A stretch of 41,326 nt of DNA from Bacillota bacterium. Its GTDB lineage: Bacteria; Bacillota; Halanaerobiia; Halanaerobiales; M55B127. Position numbers and translations under genes: made by a program. The notes under the pieces are model-generated. The model saw only the letters and a program-made list of their open reading frames with translations. It made no database searches and had not been told where the DNA came from. The stretch lies in NCBI GenBank assembly GCA_051745185.1, contig JBNJDV010000005.1, positions 1-41,326 of the forward strand, given 5' to 3'. Below are positions 29,571 through 39,400 of the stretch, piece after piece (positions within the stretch are counted from its first letter, which is position 1; each line of letters begins with the position of its first letter).

Positions 29571-30354
29571 TGTTTCAAAGACGTTTAATAAAAATACCTG
29601 TAATGCAACAAATGCTTTAAAAGATATTACATTAGAAGTAAAAGATAATGATTTTATAACAATCATTGGAGGTAATGGAGCAGGTAAATCTACATTATTA
29701 AATAGTATTGCTGGTGTTTTTAAATTATCAGCAGGTCAAATTATATTATCAGGAAAAAATATTACAGAGATGCCTGAATACAAAAGGGCAAATTTTATTG
29801 GTAGAGTTTTTCAAGACCCACTTATGGGAACTTCCCCTGATATGACAATAGAAGAAAACTTATCGATGGCATTAAATAAAAGTTCAAGTTTATCCCTTAA
29901 ATGGGCTATGAATAAGAAAAAAAGAAATATCATCAAAGAACATCTTGAAGAAATTAACCTTGGGTTAGAAAAACGTCTTGATACTAAAGTGAAACTTTTA
30001 TCTGGTGGACAAAGACAGGCTTTAACACTACTTATGGCAACTATCATAGAACCTGAATTACTACTTTTGGATGAACATACAGCAGCTTTAGATCCTGCTA
30101 CTGCTATTAAGATTAATAAGCTAACTCAAAAAATTGTTTCAAACAATAATATTACAACTTTAATGATTACTCATAATATGAAGGACGCTTTAAAATTTGG
30201 AAACCGAATGTTAATGATGAACCACGGTAAAATTATTATAGATATTGAAGGTAAAACTAAAAATAATATGACAATAAATCATTTATTAGAAGTATTCCAG
30301 GAAAAAAACAAACAGGGCTTTTATAACGATAGATCATTATTGAGTTTAGCCTAA
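29554..30354 (+). CDS. ABC transporter ATP-binding protein (COG1101 type)
   Basis: GGNGAGKST, FQDP, LSGGQRQ, LLLDEHTAALDP. Confidence 0.95.
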   Translation: MLKLTNVSKTFNKNTCNATNALKDITLEVKDNDFITIIGGNGAGKSTLLNSIAGVFKLSAGQIILSGKNITEMPEYKRANFIGRVFQDPLMGTSPDMTIEENLSMALNKSSSLSLKWAMNKKKRNIIKEHLEEINLGLEKRLDTKVKLLSGGQRQALTLLMATIIEPELLLLDEHTAALDPATAIKINKLTQKIVSNNNITTLMITHNMKDALKFGNRMLMMNHGKIIIDIEGKTKNNMTINHLLEVFQEKNKQGFYNDRSLLSLA

Positions 30355-32025
30355 CCTAAAAACTATACTCTCATATGGTTTTAAATCAACATTTTTGTTA
30401 CTATACTCATTGTTTTTGTAATTAGAAATTATTATTTCATATTTATCTAAATTTAAATCATCAGGTAAATTTATTTTTAATCGTTCTTTGAAAAAATTTA
30501 AAATTATTAAATATTTTTGTTTTTCATAAGTTCTCATATAGGCAAAAACTGTCTCATTTTCATCCATCACACTATCATATTTACCATATATTAACCCTTT
30601 ATTACTTTTCCTTAATTCAATTATTTTTTTATAGTAATTTAAAATTGAATTACTTTCTTTTAGTGAACTTTCAACATTGATTTTCTTATAGTTTGAATTC
30701 ACATTGATCCAGGGAGTGCTTTTTGAAAAACCAGCATTTATACTTTTATTCCACTGCATAGGTGTTCTTGCATTGTCCCGGCTTGTTTTATAAATTTCCT
30801 GCATAACTTCATCTCTAGGTCTTCTTTTTGTTTCTTCTCTATAATAATTAATTGTTTCTACATCCCTATACTCTCCTATATGATCAAACTTTACATTTGT
30901 CATCCCTATTTCATCACCTTGATATAAATAAGGGGTACCAGGCATTGTTAAAAGCAATGTCGCTAGCATTTTTGCTGATTCTTCCCTATACATTTTATCA
31001 TTACCAAATCTTGATACAATTCTAGGTTGGTCATGATTGCCCAAATAGATAGCATTCCATCCTTTTTTATATAACTTTTTATTCCATTTTTCATAAACAT
31101 CTTTTAATAGTTTTAAATCAAGTTCTTTTTGTTTCCATTTATTTTTTTCATTTCTATCTACTGACATGTGTTCAAAATGAAATACCATATTTAATAAATC
31201 ATTTCCATTATATTTTGAAAACTTTACTGCATTATCTACACCAAATCCCGGTGTTTCACCTACGGTCATTATATCATAATCAAATAATACCTCTTCACCC
31301 ATCTCAGATATATAGTCATATAGTTTTGGACCATTTAAAAAATATGGGCTCCCATCACCATACTTTTCATTATTCTCAATTTTGCCATCAGGAAAGTCTT
31401 GATCTTTTGAAAGCATATTAATTACATCCATTCTAAAACCATCTATTCCTTTATCTAACCACCATCTCATTCTATCATATATTTTATTACGTACTTCAGT
31501 GTTTTCCCAATTTAAATCAGGTTGCTTTATATCAAACAGATGTAAATAATATTGACCGCTATTTTCGTTATATTTCCAGGCAGAACCACCAAATATTGAC
31601 CCCCAATTATTTGGAGGTGAATCATTTTTACCGTCTTTCCAAATATAATAATCTCTATAGGAACTATTAATTGACTGTTTCGATTTTCTAAACCACTCAT
31701 GTTCATCAGAAGTATGATTAACAACTAAATCAAATATTATTTTCATATCCTTATTATGGACTTCCCTGATCAACTTTTCTACAGCCTCTATATCCCCAAA
31801 TTCATCCATCACTTTTTTGTAATCTGCTATATCATAACCATTGTCAGCATTTGGAGACTTATAGATCGGACATAACCATAATATATCAACACCTAAGTCT
31901 TTAATATAATCCAATTTTTTAATTATGCCCTCGATATCTCCTATCCCATCATCATTGCTATCATAAAAACTTCTTGGATAAATTTGATATACAACTGATT
32001 CTTTCCACCATTTTTGCTTTTCCAT
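30346..32025 (-). CDS. GH13 oligo-1,6-glucosidase/alpha-glucosidase
   Basis: YQIYPRSF, DNGYD, QPDLN, GFRMDVIN (nucleophile), GETP (acid/base), NHDQPR, RDNARTPMQW. Confidence 0.93.
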   Translation of the reverse strand: MEKQKWWKESVVYQIYPRSFYDSNDDGIGDIEGIIKKLDYIKDLGVDILWLCPIYKSPNADNGYDIADYKKVMDEFGDIEAVEKLIREVHNKDMKIIFDLVVNHTSDEHEWFRKSKQSINSSYRDYYIWKDGKNDSPPNNWGSIFGGSAWKYNENSGQYYLHLFDIKQPDLNWENTEVRNKIYDRMRWWLDKGIDGFRMDVINMLSKDQDFPDGKIENNEKYGDGSPYFLNGPKLYDYISEMGEEVLFDYDIMTVGETPGFGVDNAVKFSKYNGNDLLNMVFHFEHMSVDRNEKNKWKQKELDLKLLKDVYEKWNKKLYKKGWNAIYLGNHDQPRIVSRFGNDKMYREESAKMLATLLLTMPGTPYLYQGDEIGMTNVKFDHIGEYRDVETINYYREETKRRPRDEVMQEIYKTSRDNARTPMQWNKSINAGFSKSTPWINVNSNYKKINVESSLKESNSILNYYKKIIELRKSNKGLIYGKYDSVMDENETVFAYMRTYEKQKYLIILNFFKERLKINLPDDLNLDKYEIIISNYKNNEYSNKNVDLKPYESIVFRLG

Positions 32026-32154
32026 TATATCACTCCACTTATTATATATATTCTTATCCTATATATATTTTATACTTTATAAATTTGTATGTAAAATTAC
32101 ATATAAAACCAGATATTAATATTCAAAATAATTAAAATATTTTAAATAAATAGC

Positions 32155-32179
32155 AGGAATTTACTGATCAATATTGAAT
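32155..32179 (+). promoter_or_regulatory. SigH-like promoter of the LacI/ABC sugar operon
   Basis: gcAGGAatt, 17-nt spacer, GAAT. Confidence 0.65.
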
Positions 32180-32192
32180 CTAATAAACACAA

Positions 32193-32219
32193 TGAAATGG
32201 TTTTCAGAAATCGTTTTCA
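32193..32219. promoter_or_regulatory. Tandem LacI-family operators
   Basis: TGAAATGGTTTTCA (32193-206) abutting AGAAATCGTTTTCA (32206-219); both resemble the palindrome TGAAAnCGnTTTCA. Confidence 0.75.
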
Positions 32220-32244
32220 TCTTTATCTTTGAAGGAGAATTATT

Positions 32245-33240
32245 ATGGACATAACAATGAAAGACGTTGCGGAAAAAGCTGGTGTTTCCCTATCAACAGT
32301 TTCCCGTGTTATTAATGATAGTACATTGGTGAGTAAAGATACAGCTATTAGAGTAAAAAAAGCTATAGTTGAATTAGACTATCAGATAAATGACTCTGCC
32401 CGTGCTTTAAGAACAAATATCAGTAATTTAATTGGAGTAATAGGTGCTGGTATGGACAATCCATTTTTAATGGAAGTTCTTAAAAGCGTAGAAACTGAAG
32501 CCATTAAAGATGGTTATAACATTATATATGGTGATTCCGAAGGTGAACTAGAACAAGAATTATATTATATTAATATGTTCAAACAAAAAAAGATTGATGG
32601 ATTAGTTATTCTTACTGCAAACTTTTCTGAAGAGCTTATAAAAGCAGTTAAGAAAAGTAAAATTTCTAGTGTATTCGCTTCTGGATACTTAGAAGATCCT
32701 GATTTACCAGCTGTTACAGTAAATAATATTAAAGCTGCAGAAGATGTTAGTAAATATTTGTTAAAAACAGCTAACTATTTTGGTATCATTAGAGGTCCGT
32801 ATCGAGATTCTGTTGCAAGTGAAGAAAGAATGAAAGGTATTATAAATGTATTTAATAAGAAAAATATTATATTAAAAGATAAGTATATCGCAGAAGGAGA
32901 TTTTAGTTACAAAAGTGGTTATGAATGTGCAAAAACTTTAATAAATAACAATCCGAATTTAAAATCAATATTTGCTTTCAGTGATCAGATGGCTATAGGT
33001 GCTATAAGATACTGTGTAGATAATAACATTCAAATACCGCAAGAATTATCAATAGTTGGTTTTGACGGTATTGAAGCCTCAAAGTATGTTAATCCATCAC
33101 TTAGTACCATATTTCAGTCTGGAACAGAATTAGGTGCTGAAATAATGAAAGTATTGATAAAAAAGATTAATAATGAGGAAATTGATGACAATAAAATATT
33201 TATTCCTCATAAATTAATAAAAAGAGAAAGTAGTAGATAA
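32245..33240 (+). CDS. LacI-family transcriptional regulator
   Basis: TMKDVAEKAGVSLSTVSRVIN HTH, ARAL hinge, SIVGFDG, PSLSTI, RESS. Confidence 0.96.
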   Translation: MDITMKDVAEKAGVSLSTVSRVINDSTLVSKDTAIRVKKAIVELDYQINDSARALRTNISNLIGVIGAGMDNPFLMEVLKSVETEAIKDGYNIIYGDSEGELEQELYYINMFKQKKIDGLVILTANFSEELIKAVKKSKISSVFASGYLEDPDLPAVTVNNIKAAEDVSKYLLKTANYFGIIRGPYRDSVASEERMKGIINVFNKKNIILKDKYIAEGDFSYKSGYECAKTLINNNPNLKSIFAFSDQMAIGAIRYCVDNNIQIPQELSIVGFDGIEASKYVNPSLSTIFQSGTELGAEIMKVLIKKINNEEIDDNKIFIPHKLIKRESSR

Positions 33241-33405
33241 TCACATTAGGAGGTGATTAATTAGTTAATTAATAAAAGCAAAAAACTAACAATAATTAAA
33301 TTGTTGGTGGCTTAGCTTAAAGACTGCATTTAGTTCTGATTTGCAGGTAAATTTATGTTTTTAAAGAATATTAAAAGTAGTAAAATAAGAAAGGGGTTTA
33401 AAACA

Positions 33406-34704
33406 ATGAAAGCTAAATTGTCTACTGGTTTAACATTGATGTTGTTGGTTAGTTTATTGTTATTTTCTTTTCAGGCTTCTGCCCAAGACGAAACTGTTAG
33501 TGTAATGGGTGTCTGGGGTGGCGGTGAATTGGATGCGTTTAACAAGATGGTAGAACCTTTTGAAGCTGCTACTGGAATAGAAGTCCAATATGAAGGAACC
33601 AGAGATCTCCCCACTTTATTAACAACAAGACTTGAAGCAGGTAATCCTCCAGATATTGTAGCTGTGTCCGGACCTGGTATGATGAAAGACTTAGCTGAAG
33701 ATGGAGATTTAGTAAATTTAGAAAATGTATTCAATATGAGTTATTTAAGAGAAGACTTTGATGAAAAATGGCTGGAGTTAGCAACATTTGAAGACGGTAT
33801 GTATGCACTATTTATTGCTGCAGATGTAAAAAGTTTAGTATGGTACAATCCTCGAGTATTTGAAGAAAACGGTTATGAAATACCTGAGACCTGGGAAGAG
33901 ATGGATCAATTAGCTCAACAAATGCAGGAAGATGGAATTTCACCCTGGTCTATTGGTTTAGAATCTGGTGCTGCTAGTGGATGGCCAGGTACTGACTGGA
34001 TTGAGGACATTATGTTAAGAACAGCTTCACCTGAAGTATATGACCAATGGGTAGCACATGACATTCCTTGGACAGATGAAAGAATTAGAAATGCATTTGA
34101 AATCTTTGGTGATTATGCTAAAGATCCTGATATGGTATATGGGGGAACAAATTCTGTATTATCTTCTAACTTTGGTGATGCACCAAACCCATTATTCACA
34201 TCGCCTCCAAGAGCTGGATTACACCGTCAGGCTAGTTTCATTACAAGTTTCATAAAAGAAAACAATCCTGAATTAGAAGCAGGAATTGACTTTGACTTCT
34301 TCCCACTACCTTCTATTGACGAAGAATACGGAACACCTGCATTAGGTGCTGCAGATATGCTTAGTATGATGAATGATAACGAAGATGCTCGTAAATTCAT
34401 GAAATATATAGCCACACCTGGTGCTCAATCAATTTGGTTAAGTGAACTTGGTAAATTAGGAACACACAATAGAATCAATCCTAATATTTATCCAGATGAA
34501 ACAACAAGACAAATGGCAGAATTCTTAAATAATGCAGAAACATTTAGATTTGATGCTTCTGACTCAATGCCTTCGTCAATCGGTTCTGGTGCTTTCTGGC
34601 AAGGTATTTTAGACTATGTAAGTGGTGAAAGCTTAGATAGTGTATTAGAATATATAGAAAGAAATGCTGATGATGCATATAGTTCCGGAGATGCAACAAA
34701 TTAA
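33406..34704 (+). CDS. Alpha-glucoside ABC substrate-binding protein (AglE/GgtB-like)
   Basis: AGNPPDI, KSLVWYNP, ESGAASGWPGTDWIEDIMLR, RFDASDSMP; start MKAKL at 33406 after AAGGGG (track start 33355). Confidence 0.88.
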   Translation: MKAKLSTGLTLMLLVSLLLFSFQASAQDETVSVMGVWGGGELDAFNKMVEPFEAATGIEVQYEGTRDLPTLLTTRLEAGNPPDIVAVSGPGMMKDLAEDGDLVNLENVFNMSYLREDFDEKWLELATFEDGMYALFIAADVKSLVWYNPRVFEENGYEIPETWEEMDQLAQQMQEDGISPWSIGLESGAASGWPGTDWIEDIMLRTASPEVYDQWVAHDIPWTDERIRNAFEIFGDYAKDPDMVYGGTNSVLSSNFGDAPNPLFTSPPRAGLHRQASFITSFIKENNPELEAGIDFDFFPLPSIDEEYGTPALGAADMLSMMNDNEDARKFMKYIATPGAQSIWLSELGKLGTHNRINPNIYPDETTRQMAEFLNNAETFRFDASDSMPSSIGSGAFWQGILDYVSGESLDSVLEYIERNADDAYSSGDATN

Positions 34705-34727
34705 AGTATAGCCGGGAGGTTTAATAT

Positions 34728-35600
34728 ATGGAAGAGTTAGGTAAAAAGAAATGGGTGGCCCTCTTTGTAGGGCCAGCCACTCTTATTGTTGGATTAATGT
34801 TGTTGTATCCATCTATTCATACGATAATTTTAAGTTTTTTGGGTCCTAATTCAGAAGCTTTTGTAGGTATTAAAAATTATATTTATGCTTTTACAAATCA
34901 GACAATGCTTACTTCTTTTAGAAATAACCTGTTATGGCTTGTAGTATTTACAACATTTACTGTAGGGTTAGGGCTTATCTTTGCTATTCTTTCAGACCGA
35001 GTTAAATATGAAAAAATAGCAAAATCTATTATCTTCATGCCGATGGCTATTTCATTTGTTGGTGCTGGTGTTGTTTGGAAGTTTGTTTATACTTACCGTC
35101 CAGCAGGATCTGAACAAATCGGCTTATTAAATCAAATCCTAATGTCACTAGGTATGGAACCTATGGGTTGGTTAATACAAGGACCCTGGGTAAATAATCT
35201 TGCTTTAATTTTTGTTGGGATTTGGATGTGGACTGGATTTTGTATGGTAATCCTCTCTGCTTCTTATAAGGGTATACCTAGAGATCAAATTGAAGCTGCC
35301 AAAGTTGATGGAGCAACCGAATGGCAGGTATTTAGATTTGTTATTTTGCCTTACATGAAGTCTACAATAGCTGTTGTTGCAACAACAATGGTGGTTAATG
35401 TACTTAAAATATTTGATATTGTTTATGTAATGACAAATGGTAATTTTAGAACTGAAGTAATAGCAAATAGAATGTACAAAGAAATGTTCCAATATAGAAA
35501 CTTTGGTCGTGCAAGTGCTATATCTGTAGTATTATTTCTTTTAATTATTCCTGTAATTATTTTAAATATTAAAAGAATGAGGGGGGAAGCAAATGAATGA
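34728..35600 (+). CDS. Sugar ABC permease (AglF-like)
   Basis: FMPMAISFVGAGVVWKFVY, EAAKVDGA EAA loop. Confidence 0.92.
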   Translation: MEELGKKKWVALFVGPATLIVGLMLLYPSIHTIILSFLGPNSEAFVGIKNYIYAFTNQTMLTSFRNNLLWLVVFTTFTVGLGLIFAILSDRVKYEKIAKSIIFMPMAISFVGAGVVWKFVYTYRPAGSEQIGLLNQILMSLGMEPMGWLIQGPWVNNLALIFVGIWMWTGFCMVILSASYKGIPRDQIEAAKVDGATEWQVFRFVILPYMKSTIAVVATTMVVNVLKIFDIVYVMTNGNFRTEVIANRMYKEMFQYRNFGRASAISVVLFLLIIPVIILNIKRMRGEANE

Positions 35601-36444
35601 TAACAAATTAACCAAAACCATAATACATGTTTTTTTATTAGTTATCATGTTAATTTGGATACTACCAACTTTAGGTTTACTAATAACTTCTGTAAGACCG
35701 GCTAGTGAAGTTAGCAGTAGTGGTTGGTGGACAGTACTTAACAGCCCCCTAAAATTCACACAATTTACACTTGATAACTATCAGCAGGTGTTAAATGTAA
35801 ATAACATGAACATCGCATTTAGAAACAGCTTTATAATTGCAATTATGGGAACAATTTTACCTGTTGGTATTGCATCATTTGCAGCTTTTGGATTAGCTAA
35901 ATTAAGATTTAGAGGCAGAATGGTTATTTACGGACTTATAGTAGGGTTATTGGTTATTCCACTTCAATTAACTTTTATACCTATTTTAAGAATTTTTAAC
36001 ACATTAAATATTTCAGGTACTTTTGTTGGGTTGTGGATAGCCCACACTGGTTATGGAATGCCGTTCTCGGTATTTTTATTATATAACTTCTTCTCTACTC
36101 TACCTGACGATTTATTTGAAGCTGCCTATATAGATGGTGCATCAATGTGGACTGTATATTATAAACTAGCACTACCTTTATCAGTACCTGCTTTAGCTTC
36201 TCTTATAATTTTCCAATTTTTATGGACCTGGAACGACTTACTTGTAGCATTAATTTATTTAGGTGGTACTCAAGATGTTGCACCTGTTACAGTTAGGTTG
36301 GCTAACTTAGTAGGGTCTTACGGACAAAACTGGCATGTTCTGACAGCTGGAGCATTCATATCAATAGTTGTACCTCTAATTATATTCTTCTCACTACAGA
36401 GATACTTCGTACGCGGTATATTAGCTGGATCAGTAAAGGGTTAA
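35593..36444 (+). CDS. Sugar ABC permease (AglG-like)
   Basis: EAAYIDGAS, FQFLWTWNDLLVAL, LQRYFVRGILAGSVKG. Confidence 0.92.
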   Translation: MNDNKLTKTIIHVFLLVIMLIWILPTLGLLITSVRPASEVSSSGWWTVLNSPLKFTQFTLDNYQQVLNVNNMNIAFRNSFIIAIMGTILPVGIASFAAFGLAKLRFRGRMVIYGLIVGLLVIPLQLTFIPILRIFNTLNISGTFVGLWIAHTGYGMPFSVFLLYNFFSTLPDDLFEAAYIDGASMWTVYYKLALPLSVPALASLIIFQFLWTWNDLLVALIYLGGTQDVAPVTVRLANLVGSYGQNWHVLTAGAFISIVVPLIIFFSLQRYFVRGILAGSVKG

Positions 36445-36461
36445 AAAGGAGTAAAAAAAAT

Positions 36462-39400
36462 ATGTTACCAGATAAAGTCGATTTAATCTTAAGAGACTTA
36501 AAAGAAAGAACTTTTGAACAAAAAATATCTCTTAAAGAATGGACTATACAAGAAGTAAAAAAAGACAATAAAAACCAATATAACCCTATTGAAAGAGAAA
36601 ATATAATTCTTACCGGTAATGATAGTTTTTGGGACAATACCGGTAAGATTTTTTTCTTTAAGAAGAGGGTTAATTTAAATGAAGAATATGACAATCCATA
36701 TCTTTATTTAGATATTGATGGTGAATGTACATTATTTATAAATAAAAAAGTATATCGTGGTATTAATGAAAAAGAAATAAAACTACCTATCCTTAATGAA
36801 AATACATATTACTTTAAAATTTTAGCTGCACATGATGTTCATTTATCAGCAAGACATCAGAGAATGTACAATAAGCCTTATCCCCCTCATCTATTTAGAA
36901 AAGCCTTTGTTTGCAATAAAAATAATAAAGTAGAAAAATTATATGTGTTAATTAAAAATATAAAAAATACAATTGAAGTTATTGATGATCAGAAAAAGAA
37001 ATCTAATCTAAATAAGATTATGAAAACTGGTATTAAAAAAATAGATTTTTTTACTTCTTCTAGAAGAGTTTTTATTAAATCAATTAATATCTCTTATAAC
37101 TATATTTTAGAATCATTTCATAAACTAAATAAAAAAGATAGTTCTGGTAAAGTATTTGCTCTTGGTCATTCTCATTTAGATATAGCTTTTAAGTGGACTA
37201 TTTCCGATACTATCAGAAAACTGGAAAGAACAATTAGTACCACTTTAAATTTGATGGAAAATTATAATAATTATTATTATGTCCAAGCTCAAGGAATTTT
37301 ATATGATTATTTAAAAAAATATTATCCCGAACTATTCCAAAAATTAAAAGAAAAATTTAAACAAAAACAGTTTATTATTGATGGATCTTTTTGGGTTGAA
37401 GCAGATTTAAATTTAACTCACGGTGAATCATTAATTAGACAGATTCTTTACGCTAAAAAGTTCTTTAAAAATCATTTTAATACAGAAACAAAGATATCCT
37501 GGTTACCGGACTGTTTTGGATTCAGTGCTATTCTGCCACAAATATTGAATAAATCTAATATAGATTATTTTATAACAACAAAACTACAGTGGAATGATAC
37601 AAATGACTTTCCATATAATATATTTAAATGGAAGGGTATTGACGGAAGCCAAATATCATCTTATTTATTAAGTGATACATATGGTGGAGACTTAGATCCA
37701 AAAAAATTATATGACGCATATAATAATAGAAAACAAAAAAATATTGATGAAGTTTTATCTCTATACGGCTATGGAGATGGTGGTGGGGGTAATACAGAGT
37801 CACAATTAAATAATTTAAACGAAATGAAAAAAATACCCTTTCTTCCTGAGATTAATACTGGTCATATTTATGATCATTTAGAAAATATATTTGCTAAAGA
37901 TAATTTGCCAATCTGGAAAGATGAACTATATTTAGAAAAACACCGGGGAACTTACACAACACAAGCTAAGTTAAAAAAATACAATCGTAAATTAGAGTTT
38001 TTATTAATAAATACCGAGTTCCTCTATTCAATTGCTCATATTGAAGGAATAAATTTTGAAGTAAACTTTGAAAAATTATGGAAAGTTCTATTGAAAAACC
38101 AATTTCATGATATCTTACCTGGTTCATGTATCGAAGAAGTCTATAACGAAGCTGTGGATGACTATAAAGATTTAGAAGAAGATTTAATAAATATTAAAAA
38201 TAATATTTTTAAATTTTTAACCAAAAATTTTAAAACGACTCCTGATCATTTTTTCATTTTTAATCCATATAGTTTTAAAATGAATAATATACTATCTATA
38301 CAAAAAAAATATTTAGAAGGCAACTATAATTCTATTAACATTGATGGAATAATATATCCCCTACAATTTGATGAAAAATTTATCTACTTTAAAACAAAAG
38401 ATTTTAATCCTTTTCAAATCAAAAAAGTTAAGTTATTAAAAGAATCTACTGAAATTAAAAATAGTTTACAATCTAGTACTTATCATTTGGAAAATAAATA
38501 TTTGAAAATATCTTTTGATAAAAAAGGAAGAATTTATTCTATATATGATAAAGAAAAAAGGATTAAATATGTAGAAAATAATAAATTTGCTAACCGCCTT
38601 AAATTATATGATGATAAATCTACCTATTTTGACTCCTGGGATCTATCAATATCAGAAGACAATAAAAAATATATTGACCAACTTGAATATATTAAGATCA
38701 AAGAAAAAGGTCCTTGCTTCCATTCAATAATATTAAAAAGAAAATTTTATGATTCATCTATTACACAAGAAATAAGATTATTTGAGAATAAAAGGAAAGT
38801 TGATTTTAAAACTAAAGTTAACTGGAATCAAAGACAGCAGTTACTAAAAACCAGTTTTCCTATAAATATTGATAAAAGTGAAGCTCTTTTTGATCTTTCA
38901 ATGGGATATATTAAAAGAACTAACTATAAAAATGATTCCTGGTCTAAAGCAAAATCAGAAGTACCTGCTCATAAATGGGTAAACTTAAACAATGACAAAA
39001 TTAGTGTTAGTCTATTGAATAACTGTAAATATGGTCATAATATTACTAAAAATGTCATAAATTTAACTTTGCTCAAAGGTGGAATATATCCTGATCCTAA
39101 GGCTGATATAGGTAATCATGAATTTACTTATTCATTATTGCTATCTCCAAAACCTATAGATATTGTTTCTATAGAAAAAAATGCAATGCAGTTAAATAAT
39201 AAACCTTTATATTATTTTCCTAATAAAGCAATACTAAAAAATGATAAATATAATAATTTGGAAAGTATTTTAAATATAGATAAAAACAATATTACAATCG
39301 ATGGTTTCAAACTGTCTGAAGAAAAAAATGGATATATCTTAAGATTTCATGAATTTGCTGGAAAGAAAACAAATCTAACATTATCTTTTAATAAAAATAT

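Noticed and set aside
344-36694. About 30 short ORFs in the track lying antisense to or out of frame within real genes (e.g. 2009..2401, 3575..3901, 5034..5408, 11884..12279, 28760..29146)
   Set aside because: They are shadows of well-supported genes, with no recognisable motifs and with Ser/Ile/Leu/Phe-rich antisense composition.
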